From: Patescibacteria group bacterium | Lineage (GTDB): Bacteria > Patescibacteriota > Patescibacteriia > UBA10025 > JAHIVO01 | Reading direction: 5' to 3' | Length of the DNA: 64,000 nucleotides | NCBI GenBank assembly: GCA_041650915.1 | Contig: JBAZKE010000001.1 | Location: forward strand, 251,284 to 315,283 | Part shown: piece by piece, positions 19,169-30,000 of the stretch | How positions within the stretch are numbered: the first letter of the stretch is position 1 | How the letters are laid out: every line of letters starts with the position of its first letter | Position numbers and translations under genes: made by a program | The notes under the pieces: generated by a model | Told to the model about the DNA's origin: nothing | The model's input: the letters and a program-made list of their open reading frames with translations, nothing else | Databases searched by the model: none

Positions 19169-19186
19169 TGCGGCTCAGGCAGGTAG

Positions 19187-19825
19187 TTACCCTGCAGGTT
19201 TTTCTTTGGAAGAGAAGTGCGTAATAATGCTCAGGAGTGCAAACAGGGCTGCTACCCAGATGAGTATTTCAGCAGTGAGTACGATCGCGCCGTTTTGCTG
19301 CCAGAGGAGCAGGAGTGAAACGGCGACGCCCTCGGTGCCGAATTTCATTTTACCGAATGCATTCGCCCCGATTTTCGGGCGGTGCTTCAGGACATACGCC
19401 ATGAATGGCCCGATGGCGACCGCAAAGAGCACGAGCATGGCCTCGAGAGAAAGTATGGTAGCGATTGCTGCGGTGCTGAGGTTGCCGACGCCGACCATGA
19501 GCAGGACGGTTACAAAAATGATTTTATCCGCGGCAGGGTCGAGCAGCGCACCGAACTTTGTGATTTTATTATGGCATCGGGCTACTGCCCCGTCGAGCGC
19601 ATCGGAACAGAGGAATACAACGAATATGAAGGCTGTCCAGCCGTAATGTTCTTGCTCGTAGAGCAGGTAAATCGGTATAATGAGGAAGATACGAGCAGCA
19701 GTGATGAGGTTGGGGGTAATCCACCGGGGCACGAACCGTGCGATATACAGGAAGGGCACGTCGCGCCATGCGATGATCTTTCCGAGAATTCCCATTTGAA
19801 TTTTTTGGTCATCCATGCCCTTCAC
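19187..19825 (-). CDS. pgsA: CDP-alcohol phosphatidyltransferase (PgsA-like phosphatidylglycerophosphate synthase)
   Basis: Motif DALDGAVARCHNKITKFGALLDPAADK equals D-x2-DG-x2-AR-x8-G-x3-G-x3-D. Multi-TM, ~210 aa. Confidence 0.8.
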   Translation of the reverse strand: MKGMDDQKIQMGILGKIIAWRDVPFLYIARFVPRWITPNLITAARIFLIIPIYLLYEQEHYGWTAFIFVVFLCSDALDGAVARCHNKITKFGALLDPAADKIIFVTVLLMVGVGNLSTAAIATILSLEAMLVLFAVAIGPFMAYVLKHRPKIGANAFGKMKFGTEGVAVSLLLLWQQNGAIVLTAEILIWVAALFALLSIITHFSSKEKPAG

Positions 19826-19851
19826 TGTATAAAAAAAATAACCACTTGTCT

Positions 19852-20952
19852 ATGGGTTTCCGCGTACAGTACAGAAGCAGGCGCTCAGCAGCGCGGGCGG
19901 GGATCCTGCGCACCGCGCACGGCACCGCGCACACGCCTTTTTTCATGCCGATCGCGACCCGGGGCGCAGTCAAGGGGCTCACCGCCGATGACGTTCGGGC
20001 GTCCGGGAGCCGGGTCGTGCTCGCCAATACGTACCACCTGTGGCAGCGTCCTGGGCTCGGCACCCTGAAGCGGGCAGGTGGGCTGCACCGGTTTATGGCT
20101 TGGGACGGGCCGATACTTACCGACTCCGGCGGGTACCAGGTTTTTTCCCTCAGCGCGCGCAGAAAAATTACCGAGCGGGGCGTTGAATTCCGATCTGAGA
20201 TTGACGGCAAAAAACACCTGTTGACTCCAGAAAAAGCGATCGAGATACAGCATGCGTTGGGCTCGGATATTATCATGAGTTTGGATGAATGCCCGCCATA
20301 CCCAAGTACGCGTGTGTACGCCGCACATTCGTTGGCGTTAACGACGCGGTGGGCGCAACGCGGTTTTGACCGCATGAAAAAATTCCGGTCGAAAAAACAG
20401 TTGCTGTTCGGCATTGTCCAGGGCTCTTCGTACCGGGAACTGCGCCGGGAGAGCACTCGGCAGCTATTGAATATCGGTTTTGACGGATATGCCATCGGCG
20501 GGCTGGCGGTAGGCGAGCCGGCGGAAAAAATGTACCAGGCAATTGGTTGGGTGGAGCCGCTATTGCCGAAGGACAAGCCGTGCTATCTCATGGGTGTCGG
20601 CAAGCCGGAGCAGATCGTCGAGGCGGTGCGCCGGGGAGTCGATATGTTCGATTGTGTCATCCCGACCCGCAACGCCCGTCACGGCACTCTGTACGTGTGG
20701 AAACGGAGAGCGCTCACGGGCGCATTCTACGGTGAGTTGCGGATTAAGCAAGCAGCTTACGCCCATGACGTGAGGCCGATCGATCCACGGTGCGACTGCG
20801 GTGCGTGCCGGCAGTATTCGCGTGCGTACATCAGGCACCTGATGAACACCGGTGATCCGCTCGCCCTGCGGCTCGCTACCGTGCACAACGTACGTTTCTT
20901 CGCTACCCTCATGGAGGCGGTGCGGCGCAGCATCCGTACGGGCACGCTCTAG
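19852..20952 (+). CDS. tgt: queuine tRNA-ribosyltransferase (tRNA-guanine transglycosylase)
   Basis: TPFFMPIATRGAVKGLTADDV...VVLANTYHLWQRPG matches Tgt (TPCFMPVGTYGTVKG...ILGNTFHL). Zinc site CDCGACRQYSRAYIRHL. Confidence 0.9.
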   Translation: MGFRVQYRSRRSAARAGILRTAHGTAHTPFFMPIATRGAVKGLTADDVRASGSRVVLANTYHLWQRPGLGTLKRAGGLHRFMAWDGPILTDSGGYQVFSLSARRKITERGVEFRSEIDGKKHLLTPEKAIEIQHALGSDIIMSLDECPPYPSTRVYAAHSLALTTRWAQRGFDRMKKFRSKKQLLFGIVQGSSYRELRRESTRQLLNIGFDGYAIGGLAVGEPAEKMYQAIGWVEPLLPKDKPCYLMGVGKPEQIVEAVRRGVDMFDCVIPTRNARHGTLYVWKRRALTGAFYGELRIKQAAYAHDVRPIDPRCDCGACRQYSRAYIRHLMNTGDPLALRLATVHNVRFFATLMEAVRRSIRTGTL

Positions 20953-20988
20953 GCTTGGTTGCATGGGTAGTGCTCCGGCACGAAAAAG

Positions 20989-20997
20989 TGCTATACT
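20989..20997 (+). promoter_or_regulatory. extended -10 element TGcTATACT, 8 nt upstream of the ATG at 21006 (leaderless)
   Basis: gTGcTATACTactatcgtATGaag. Confidence 0.4.
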
Positions 20998-21005
20998 ACT
21001 ATCGT

Positions 21006-21365
21006 ATGAAGGGTTTTTTTAAGCCAACAAAAGCAAAGGTATGCATTGCCTTTCTCGTCCCTCTGTTCGTGGCTATCGAGGTTGTGCCCGTTGAGGGAGG
21101 GACAACGTACGATTTTGCCCTTACGGTAAGCCCGTATATTGTCTTCATATTCAGCCTCATAACACTGTGGACAAAGAGCGATAGCGTCATCGCTGATTTT
21201 CAAAGCGCCACCTTATCCCAGAAGCTACAGGCGGTGCTGCTCGAGCTGTTCCTCCCGCTCCTGATTGGGTACTTAATTTCCTGCTGCATCGTATACCTTT
21301 TCCAGGAGATCAGGAGGCGCATGGGCGCTGCAGGAGAAGCGGCCAAACCGACCAAGGCAGCGTAG
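21006..21365 (+). CDS. small multi-TM membrane protein, function unknown
   Basis: MKGFFKPTKAKVCIAFLVPLFVAIEVVP... with 3 predicted hydrophobic helices. Start moved to the ATG immediately downstream of the -10 element. No recognisable family. Confidence 0.4.
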   Translation: MKGFFKPTKAKVCIAFLVPLFVAIEVVPVEGGTTYDFALTVSPYIVFIFSLITLWTKSDSVIADFQSATLSQKLQAVLLELFLPLLIGYLISCCIVYLFQEIRRRMGAAGEAAKPTKAA

Positions 21366-21448
21366 GTGCGGATTGATACGATACGGCCGTCTGTTTTCGC
21401 GGTTGTGGGATTTTTCGTATCTGCTACAATTTGAGTGCGTTACTATTA

Positions 21449-22192
21449 ATGGGCGGAATATATATGGAACAAGAACAGCAGATGACGAAGCGCCAGCGGC
21501 GCGAGTTAAAAAAGCAGGAGAAAGCTCTAGCCCGCGAACGCCAGGTCAAGCGGACGAAAATCATCCGGTGGTCGGTATGGACAGGGGCAGTCGCCATCAT
21601 TCTGGGCATCTGGTACCTTGGTTTTTTTAGGGCTTCGGACACGTACACGAACAGCAACGGTGAGGTGCGCGCAAATCCGACGCTCGGGGGAGCGGACGCA
21701 GCGGTCGTTGTCACCGAGTTTTCCGATTTCAGCTGTCCGGCATGTGCCGCTACCGCGCCCGTGGTAAAGGAGGTTGCCGAAGCGTACGGCGACCAGATCC
21801 GCGTTGAGTTCAACGGTTTCAATCTTCAGCATACCTGGTCCGAGAAGTCCCACGAAGCGGGGGAGTGTGCGCTTGATCAGGGGAAGTTTTGGGAGTTCCA
21901 TGATATCATTTTTTCGCGGCAGTCAGAGTGGGTGAGTGCGGATAATGCCCTCGATACGTTCGCTGCGTACGCAGAAGAAGCAGGGCTTGACCGGGCAGCT
22001 TTCGTCACCTGCCTCGACAGCGGAGAGATGGCGGATGAGGTTGGCCGCGATACGAGCGTAGCCCGGGCGAATGGCATCGATGCGACCCCGACATTCAGCA
22101 TCGGCGATGAGAAGGTGGTGGGCGGACAAACGTTCGAAGAGTTTAAACGAATCATCGATGGACAGCTTGGCATCGAACCAGCAGCAGAGTAA
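21449..22192 (+). CDS. DsbA-family thiol:disulfide oxidoreductase (membrane-anchored thioredoxin fold)
   Basis: CPAC active site in FSDFSCPACAATAP, N-terminal TM helix, DsbA-like C-terminal half (...GIDATPTFSIGDEKVVGGQTFEEF). Preceded by a TGCTACAAT -10 at ~21421-21429. Confidence 0.75.
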   Translation: MGGIYMEQEQQMTKRQRRELKKQEKALARERQVKRTKIIRWSVWTGAVAIILGIWYLGFFRASDTYTNSNGEVRANPTLGGADAAVVVTEFSDFSCPACAATAPVVKEVAEAYGDQIRVEFNGFNLQHTWSEKSHEAGECALDQGKFWEFHDIIFSRQSEWVSADNALDTFAAYAEEAGLDRAAFVTCLDSGEMADEVGRDTSVARANGIDATPTFSIGDEKVVGGQTFEEFKRIIDGQLGIEPAAE

Positions 22193-22685
22193 ACTCATTG
22201 ACGGCAGGACGCGATCTGCCCTTTTTTGGGCTACCGGATTTGGGAGCGGGTACCTGCCGATTGCGCCGGGGAGCTGGGGATCACTCGTTATCGCGGGCGC
22301 AGCGTGGTGGCTGCTCAAGCTGCCAATCGTCTGGTACCTGGCATTGACCGCAATAATTTTTACGATTGGAATTTTAGTTGCCGGCATCGCTGATCAGCAC
22401 TTCCGTTCACGCGGGGGCAAGGATTCTGACAACGGGCAGATCGTTATTGATGAGTGGGCAGGGCAGCTTATTACCCTGCTGCCACTCTTTTACTTTGAAA
22501 AGAGCTTACTCAACATTGGAATCGGGTTTGTTTTATTCAGAATTTTTGACGTACTGAAGTTTGGATTTGCGAAGTATTTTGACAAGCGGCACGACCACTG
22601 GGGGGTGATGTTGGATGACGTTTTTGCCGGAGTGCACGCCGGGATTTTTTTCTTTATCGCGCTGTGGATGATGTACAGGATGTAG
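22158..22685 (+). CDS. pgpA: phosphatidylglycerophosphatase A
   Basis: LFWATGFGSGYLPIAPGSWGSLVIAGAAWWLL matches the PgpA signature (GFGSGLSPxAPGTxGSL). The start is uncertain: the track ORF overlaps the DsbA gene and the internal ATG at 22158 was chosen. Confidence 0.7.
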   Translation: MDSLASNQQQSKLIDGRTRSALFWATGFGSGYLPIAPGSWGSLVIAGAAWWLLKLPIVWYLALTAIIFTIGILVAGIADQHFRSRGGKDSDNGQIVIDEWAGQLITLLPLFYFEKSLLNIGIGFVLFRIFDVLKFGFAKYFDKRHDHWGVMLDDVFAGVHAGIFFFIALWMMYRM

Positions 22686-22843
22686 AGTGGAAGAAGGCGA
22701 TAGAAGGAAGGAGAGGGTGCTAAGAAGGGTGAGAGGATGAGAGGGCGAGAAGGCGCGAGAGGGGCAGGTGGGGTATGGCCGTTCTGATTTTTGATACCCA
22801 AAAACAAGGCTCGGCCGTTAATGCTGGCATATATTGGGTATGC

Positions 22844-23827
22844 CTATGGCGTACCGTATTTTTTATCGATTTCTTCGAATGTTGTTTTCGAAATGCTGCC
22901 GATCGCCGATGTCAGCTCGTCCATGTTTTCGCCGCGCGTCATGATGCATAGCAGGTACGGATGGCTAGGGTAATACACGATGCCGCAATCATGGAGTTGC
23001 TTGGTCCCGCTGCTTTCTGCGCCCACGACGCCAAACTTACTTGCGACTTTTATCGTATCAGGCAGCCCGGCCGCTAAACCGTAGGTGAAGCTTGACTGGC
23101 TCAAGAGTTCCAGCGCTTGTTCCGACATGCTTCTGTTCAAGTAGGAGGCGTTATACAGGATTCGGAAGAGTGATGCATACGCCTTGACGCTGACAAAGTC
23201 TTCTGGCGTTTCGGGCCCGATTGTTGTCAGCCCTAGATCCAGGTGTATCTGCTGGATCTTGTTATCTCCGATGTTGCCGGCCAGCATTTCAAACGCCAGA
23301 TTGTCTGACCGGACAATCATCATGCCGATCAGTTCTTGCACGGAGTAGGATGACCCCGGTGTCAGATATTCGCTTGCATTCTGGCTTGCAGGCGGGTCTG
23401 CGTTCACCGTTAGCATTTCTTGGAGAATCGCAGGGTCGCTTTCCGCCATTTTGAAATACGCCATCATAACGGGCACTTTCAGGAGGCTTGCTGGCTTAAA
23501 ATTTTCCCGTTCATTGATGCCGTACCACGGCCCGTTATTGAGATCCCGGTAATACATTGAAATGTGGCGGATTGAACTTCCCGTTTTCAAATCATCAATT
23601 ACTTCCTCAATGGCGTATTTGAAGCTTTTCAGGTCAGTTGATTCCAGCCCTGAATTGATTTCACATTCGAGCAGGGGATTGATGAACTGGTATCCGCCCT
23701 GACGGACCGAGACGCCTTGATGGGTCGTTGCATCGTTGTTATCCAGAGCCGCATATCCAAACCAACCTATTACCATGCCGATACAGCACAGTAGTATTGA
23801 ATAGATAATGATGCTCCGCCGTTTCAT
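22844..23827 (-). CDS. class A beta-lactamase-fold serine hydrolase (beta-lactamase/PBP-related), membrane-anchored
   Basis: SxxK (PASLLKV), SDN (VRSDNLAF) and a KTG-like KFG motif in the right order and spacing. N-terminal TM helix. Confidence 0.5.
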   Translation of the reverse strand: MKRRSIIIYSILLCCIGMVIGWFGYAALDNNDATTHQGVSVRQGGYQFINPLLECEINSGLESTDLKSFKYAIEEVIDDLKTGSSIRHISMYYRDLNNGPWYGINERENFKPASLLKVPVMMAYFKMAESDPAILQEMLTVNADPPASQNASEYLTPGSSYSVQELIGMMIVRSDNLAFEMLAGNIGDNKIQQIHLDLGLTTIGPETPEDFVSVKAYASLFRILYNASYLNRSMSEQALELLSQSSFTYGLAAGLPDTIKVASKFGVVGAESSGTKQLHDCGIVYYPSHPYLLCIMTRGENMDELTSAIGSISKTTFEEIDKKYGTP

Positions 23828-24055
23828 ACACTACCAGTATACCGTTAGTGTCATGCTAGCACAAATTTTTTAGTGAGAAGTTCATTAGCGAGTTTGCAAC
23901 GTATATAATGTGAGTTTTTTAGTGTTCGATATAGTGGAAACGTTAAGAAATTGATTTTTCCCCCAAAGTGTGTTACAATAGTAAGGTATTAAATGTAAAA
24001 AAATAATGATTTTCGGGTTGTAAATACCCATTATTTTTTAGTATACAAGTCATTG

Positions 24056-27000
24056 ATGCAGGCAGATCAAATGCCAGCGCGCCAAAAAAAGAAAAAAATA
24101 ACCGGTAACATACCAGTGCGGCAGAACCGCAAAAAAACGATCGCAACGCAAAAAAAGCGGTCGGCTTGCCGCGTGTCGGCTGTCAGCTCCCGTTCAGGAG
24201 CCGCTAAACAGAATCAAAAGAATCGAACTCGAACAGCCGTGGGGTTTTATGGGCGATTTTTTGCTTTTTTAAACTTAGTAACCGGCTTTATCCGCGCGTA
24301 TCGGCCACTTATTATTGTCGCGCTTGTCGTCACGGCGACTGCTGGTTTATTTTATTTTTATTACCAGAGCACACTGGCTGCCGCGGCGCAGTACGTGATT
24401 GACACGCAGGCTGAGTGGGAAGCAGGCGAGTATTATCCGAACACGGTCGATACAAAAACAACTGCCGATGAAATTTCAATTAAACCAGGCGGCGGCGGCA
24501 CATGGGACGGCGATACGACCGGATTTCTCACTGACACCGCGGGTTATGAATACTGGTCGTACGACGGCCCGTCATACGGCGCTGACCTGACCACGGACGG
24601 CACATACATTTACCAGATCCTCGGCAACCGCAGGCCGTACCTGTTCCGCTACAATCCGGAAACGAATACATGGAAGCAGCTTGCTAATGCGCCGACTTCT
24701 TTTTATTACGGCGGTTCGATTACCTATGATGCGCATACGAAGAGCATCTTTGCCATTAACGGCGGAGAGCAGAACGAGACGGAACAGGCGACTAAGCACA
24801 TGTTCCAGTATGACATTGCTTCTGACACGTGGTCCAAATCAACTGACGCGCCGGATACGTTCGGCCTTGGTTCTTCAATCACGTCCAACGGCGCGGGCAA
24901 ACTGTTCGCGGTCCGCGGCAGGAATACCGACGAGCTGTGGGAGTACGACATTGATGATGAAACATGGGACCAGAACTATTCCCAGCTGCCCACGCCGTAT
25001 TATGTGTACCAGACCAATGGCCAGCCGCTCGAATTTGTGAATGAGCAGTACAGCGACGGGGAGGGCGACCACTGCACTCAGGGCTGCCTATTCACGCTGT
25101 ATGGTGGCGGCAACCGGAATTTTTTCCGTTTTGATATTGCCGAAAAAATCTGGTACCACACGACGCCCGTTGACCTGACTATCCCGGCCGCTCTTGGCGG
25201 CGTGAACTATGGATCGTCCTTCGCCTATGACAGCGACCGCGGCAATTTATTTTTGCTCCATGGCAATACCCAGTATCCGGCCACGACAACCATGGGTGAT
25301 AATTTTTCCACGTATGACGTATCTGCGCAGGACTGGGATGACGCGCCTGAAGACACGCCGGACGCGCCCGGATGGGTCACGTACGGCGGCGCCATGGTGT
25401 ATCTGGACGACTACGTGTATGCCATGCAGGGATATAATGGTTCTAGGCCTGGTTTGTGGCGGTATGACGCGGCAAACGGCTACTGGGATTCCATTTCCAC
25501 GCCGGACGTGGCAAACGGATCAAACCCAGCGCTTGGCCAGGGCACCCAGGGCAGCGGAGGGGAGAACGGCCACCTGGTATATGTTCCCAGCGGCACATAC
25601 TGTGCTGACGCTGGCGGGTGCCTGTATTCTTTCAGGGGCGGCAATTCAACGAATTACTGGCGGTATAATGTCGACGCCAAGACCTGGACTACCGATCTTT
25701 CTGTGGAGAATTTCGGAGCGTTACAGCAGGGTTCTTCGTTCTGCTACAACGGCGCGAACAGGATATATGCGCTACATGGCGAAAGTACACTTACATTTTA
25801 CCAGTATGAAATCACTGGTGAAGGCGATGATGATGAGGACACCTGGCAGGTGCTGACCAGCATGCCCGCAGACCATAGTGATGCTGATGATTATCCGGAC
25901 GCCTCTGCGAATGCGTCATACGGTTCTTCGCTTGCATGCATGGGCACCACGGTGTATGCGCTTAAAGGAGGGACTTCAGCGAGCGGAGCCAACCATTTCT
26001 TCAGTTATAATGGAGCGGCATGGACGGATTTGGAGCCATTGCCCCAGCGCGCGTACCTGGGCGCAAAGCTCGTTACAGTACCGTACGACGCGGGGCATAC
26101 AGAATGGTGCGCTGACGCGTCGGGTTGCGTATTCGCTTTTGCCGGAAACATGCGCGGCGACTGGTACCGGTATAATATCGGAGCGAACACCTGGACCGCG
26201 CTCACTGGCGACAATCTACCTACCGCGACTTATTATACGGCTTCATTGGCATACGACGGCCAGGGGAACATTTACGCGACTGACGGTAATTATGACACCA
26301 ACATGTGGAAGTACGAGATCAACGGGGATGACGGCACCTGGTACCAGATTGCGGATCTGCAGGCGCGCGTCGGCTACAATAACGCCCTTGCATACGACAG
26401 CGACAATAACGTGATGTACTTCCAGCAGGGCTTGGGCACGACAACGATAAGCCGGTTTACGCCGACGCCTGACGATTATATCGCATCGGCAACCTGGATT
26501 TCAGAGCCGCTTGATCTCGGGTATGTCAATTCGTTTTCAACACTCGGATATTTAGTTACGGAGCCGGACGATTCAGCGGTAACATTCCAGACCAGGACCT
26601 CGACAGACAAAGTGTCATGGTCTGACTGGGAAAATCTCGGGCTTTTGGACGCGATTGAGTCGGATGCGGGGCAGTATATCCAGGTTAAGGCGGTTTTGGC
26701 GGCATCAACTGACGGCGGCGATACACCGACTATAACGAGCATTACAGTGAATTACGACAAGGACGGCACAGCACCTGATAATCCTGATGTTGACGGGTAT
26801 GCTGATTCCACCGAAGCGACGGAAATTACTTCGGGCGCAGGCAACTTGTACCACTATACGAATCCGTACTTCGAGTGGGACGCTGCAACGGACGATTCCG
26901 GCATTGCCGGCTACTACGTGCGGTGGACTGACGATGAATTGGATGATCCCGATGAAAGCGAGGATTATTTCCAGACCGGCACCTCGTACGAAGTGAATAC

Positions 27001-30000
27001 GGTGATGCAAGAAGCGGACGGCCCGTATTTCCTGCGCATCGCGGTCAAGGACGATTCGGGAAATGTTTCAACTCCGGAAACCGCGTTTACCTACAATTAT
27101 ACCGGGGTTAATACCGCGACAGAAGCGGTGTGGGACGATCAGGCGGATTTCGAGGACGGGGAGACTGAAACGAATATCAAAACCGATGCGAACGGGGGAA
27201 CGAATATGACGCTTGATCCGATCAGCCCCGGCACGTGGATGGACTTGCCTGCGTCATTCGGCACTGCCGGCTATAACCATACCTCGTACAACGACACGTC
27301 GATCGCCTGGGACGGCGATGATACGATATATGCATTACGTTCGGTCAATTCGCAATATTTCCATAAATACACCATTTCAACAAAGACATGGGAGCAACTT
27401 GCAAATACCGGCGTGGCGGCGTACACTGGCTCGGCAATCGTGTACGTGCCTGACGGAACCACGGCTAACTGCACTGATGACGGCGGATGCGTCTTTGCCA
27501 CTATGGGCAACGGCACCGGATTCCGCAGATACGATGTCAATGCCAATGCGTGGACGGCGCTCGCTTCCGTGACGCTCTCAGTCGGCAATGGCGGCGGATT
27601 GATCTGGACGGGCGGCGACTACATCTACGCTTCCCGCGGCCAGGGCACCGTCACTATGTACCGCTACGATATTGACAGCAATGAATGGGACGATAACGCG
27701 GCGCCAGACCCTGATTACGCGTTTAATTATGGCGCGGCGTACAGTTATGTGCCAAACGGAAATTACTGCCTTGATTTGCAGGGCTGTATTTTTGCCACGC
27801 GTGGCGGCACTTCAACCCACGTGTACCGTTTTGACATACAGGGAGGTTCTTGGTCATTTCTGACCGCACTGCCGTCAGCATCGCCGCCCAAGGTGAATTA
27901 CGGCGCGACCATGCAGTATCACGATGGGTTCTTGTACTATATTGCCGGGTACTATTCGACTGATTTCCTGAAATACGACATTGCCAGCGATTTTTGGTCT
28001 GCGATGCCTGACCTGCCCACCACCCATTACTACGGATCCACGAATAATCTGGTGTACGATACTAGTTCGGACATCATGTATACGCTGCGCGGTTCGGCTG
28101 AATACAGTTTCCTGAGTTTTGACGTGGCGGAAGACGAGTGGCGCAACCCGGCAATCCCGCACGGCAGTACGACCAATGGTTTTTATTATGGCGGCGTGGC
28201 TTACGACGGGGATGACACGTTATATATTGCGCGCGGAAATGCCGGCAACATGGCTGATTTTTATAAATACACCATATCCACGAAAACCTGGCAGAATCTG
28301 CTGGACGTGCCGATGCGCATGAATACCGGATCCGATTTGATTTACGTTGACGGCAAGGTGTATGCGCTAACTGGCGCGCCGCCGTACGGCGAGGTATATA
28401 GCCGGATGTACGAATACGATCTTGAGACAGGTTTTTGGACTAGGAAAGGCGATCTGCCTGCTGCAGTCGGTGATGGCGCAAAACTGGTTTGGGACGGCAA
28501 TAATACTATTTATACTGCGCGCGGCGGCGCAACGGCAAGCTATACGGTGTATTCATATAAAATATCAGGAGCAGCGGGTGCAGGACAGTGGACGACCCAG
28601 GCAGAAAATGTGTTTGGCAATGCCACCGTATACCAGGGCGCATGTTCGGTATGGGATGGCGGCACCAAGCTCTATTTGATCCAAGGGCAGAATTTATCGA
28701 ATATCCTGTTTTGCAATCTTTCCACGGATGGCGACGGCAATGGCACGTGCGATTGGCAAGCGGATACGCTCACCAACCCCTCCGTCGGGATTCAGTACGG
28801 CAACGCCTGCGCTTTTTATGACGGTACTCCTGATGATTTAATTTTTATACCACGCGGGAATACAAATACCACAGATTTTCTTGTGTATAATGTAACGGAT
28901 GATACATGGGAGACTCGCACGCTGAATAACTTTTATTATGGCGGCCGTCTCGTGACCGGACCGGACGGAATTTTATACGGCTTCCGCGGGTATAACACCT
29001 CAACCATGGACCGGTACGTGCAGCAGACTGCAACGACCAGTTTTCAGCGTACCGGCACCTGGACATCACCAATCGTAACTGCGACGGATATATTTGATTT
29101 TGGAGGGTTCGAGGTAAACGATTCCGAAGAAGAAAACACCTCATTAACGTATGAAACGCGGACGTGTTCTGACGCCGGCTGTGCCGCTGACCAGGGAGAC
29201 GCGCACTGGTCGGACTGGGACGAGGTGTCCAACGCGCGAACGATAGAAACTACGGATTACTATACGGTAGATTCCACGCCGGCAACGTACATCCAGGTCC
29301 GCGCCACCTTCAATTCAGACCGCGTGTACACCCCAACAGTAAACGACTTTACCTTGAGCTACTATATTGACGGCACTGACCCGGACAATCCGGCCGCGCC
29401 GGTTGACGGGTACACATCGAGCGCAAAAACAACGACGATTGATAATAACGACTGGACAAACGATGCGACCCCATACTTTGGATGGACTGCGTCTGATGAT
29501 GCGGGCGGCATTGGCATTGAAGGATTCTATGTGTATTTCGGCACGGACGAGACCAAAGATCCGGTGGATGACGCGGCTGACCCGACCAACCTCGCCTATG
29601 ACAACAGCACGAACTACTATGAGGTTAATGATGATGGCACGACTGGTTCATGGAACGCGGCAACGCAGAGCAGCGATGCGATTACTGACGGCGATTACTA
29701 TTTGCGCATCAGGACCAAGGACTTAAACGGCAATGTAACTGATAGCGCAGTGGCCGCATTTACATTCCTTATTGACGAGAGCGTGCCGAATAATATCACC
29801 GACCTGCAAGTTGGGGATTATATGTCTGCGGAAGATGATTTTGATTTTACTTGGACTGCGGTGAATGATGAAGGCTCGTCAGGCATTGAACAGTACTGCT
29901 ACCATACTGGTTCATCGGCCGATACGTGTGTTGACGAGGGCACGATCTGCAGTGGTGGCACCTGCCTGGTTGAAAACGTCCCGCACTACCAGACGCGCGT

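Noticed and set aside
19809-20576. 255-aa minus-strand ORF (and the overlapping 19382..20068 + ORF)
   Set aside because: Antisense or out-of-frame relative to tgt and pgsA, which carry diagnostic motifs.
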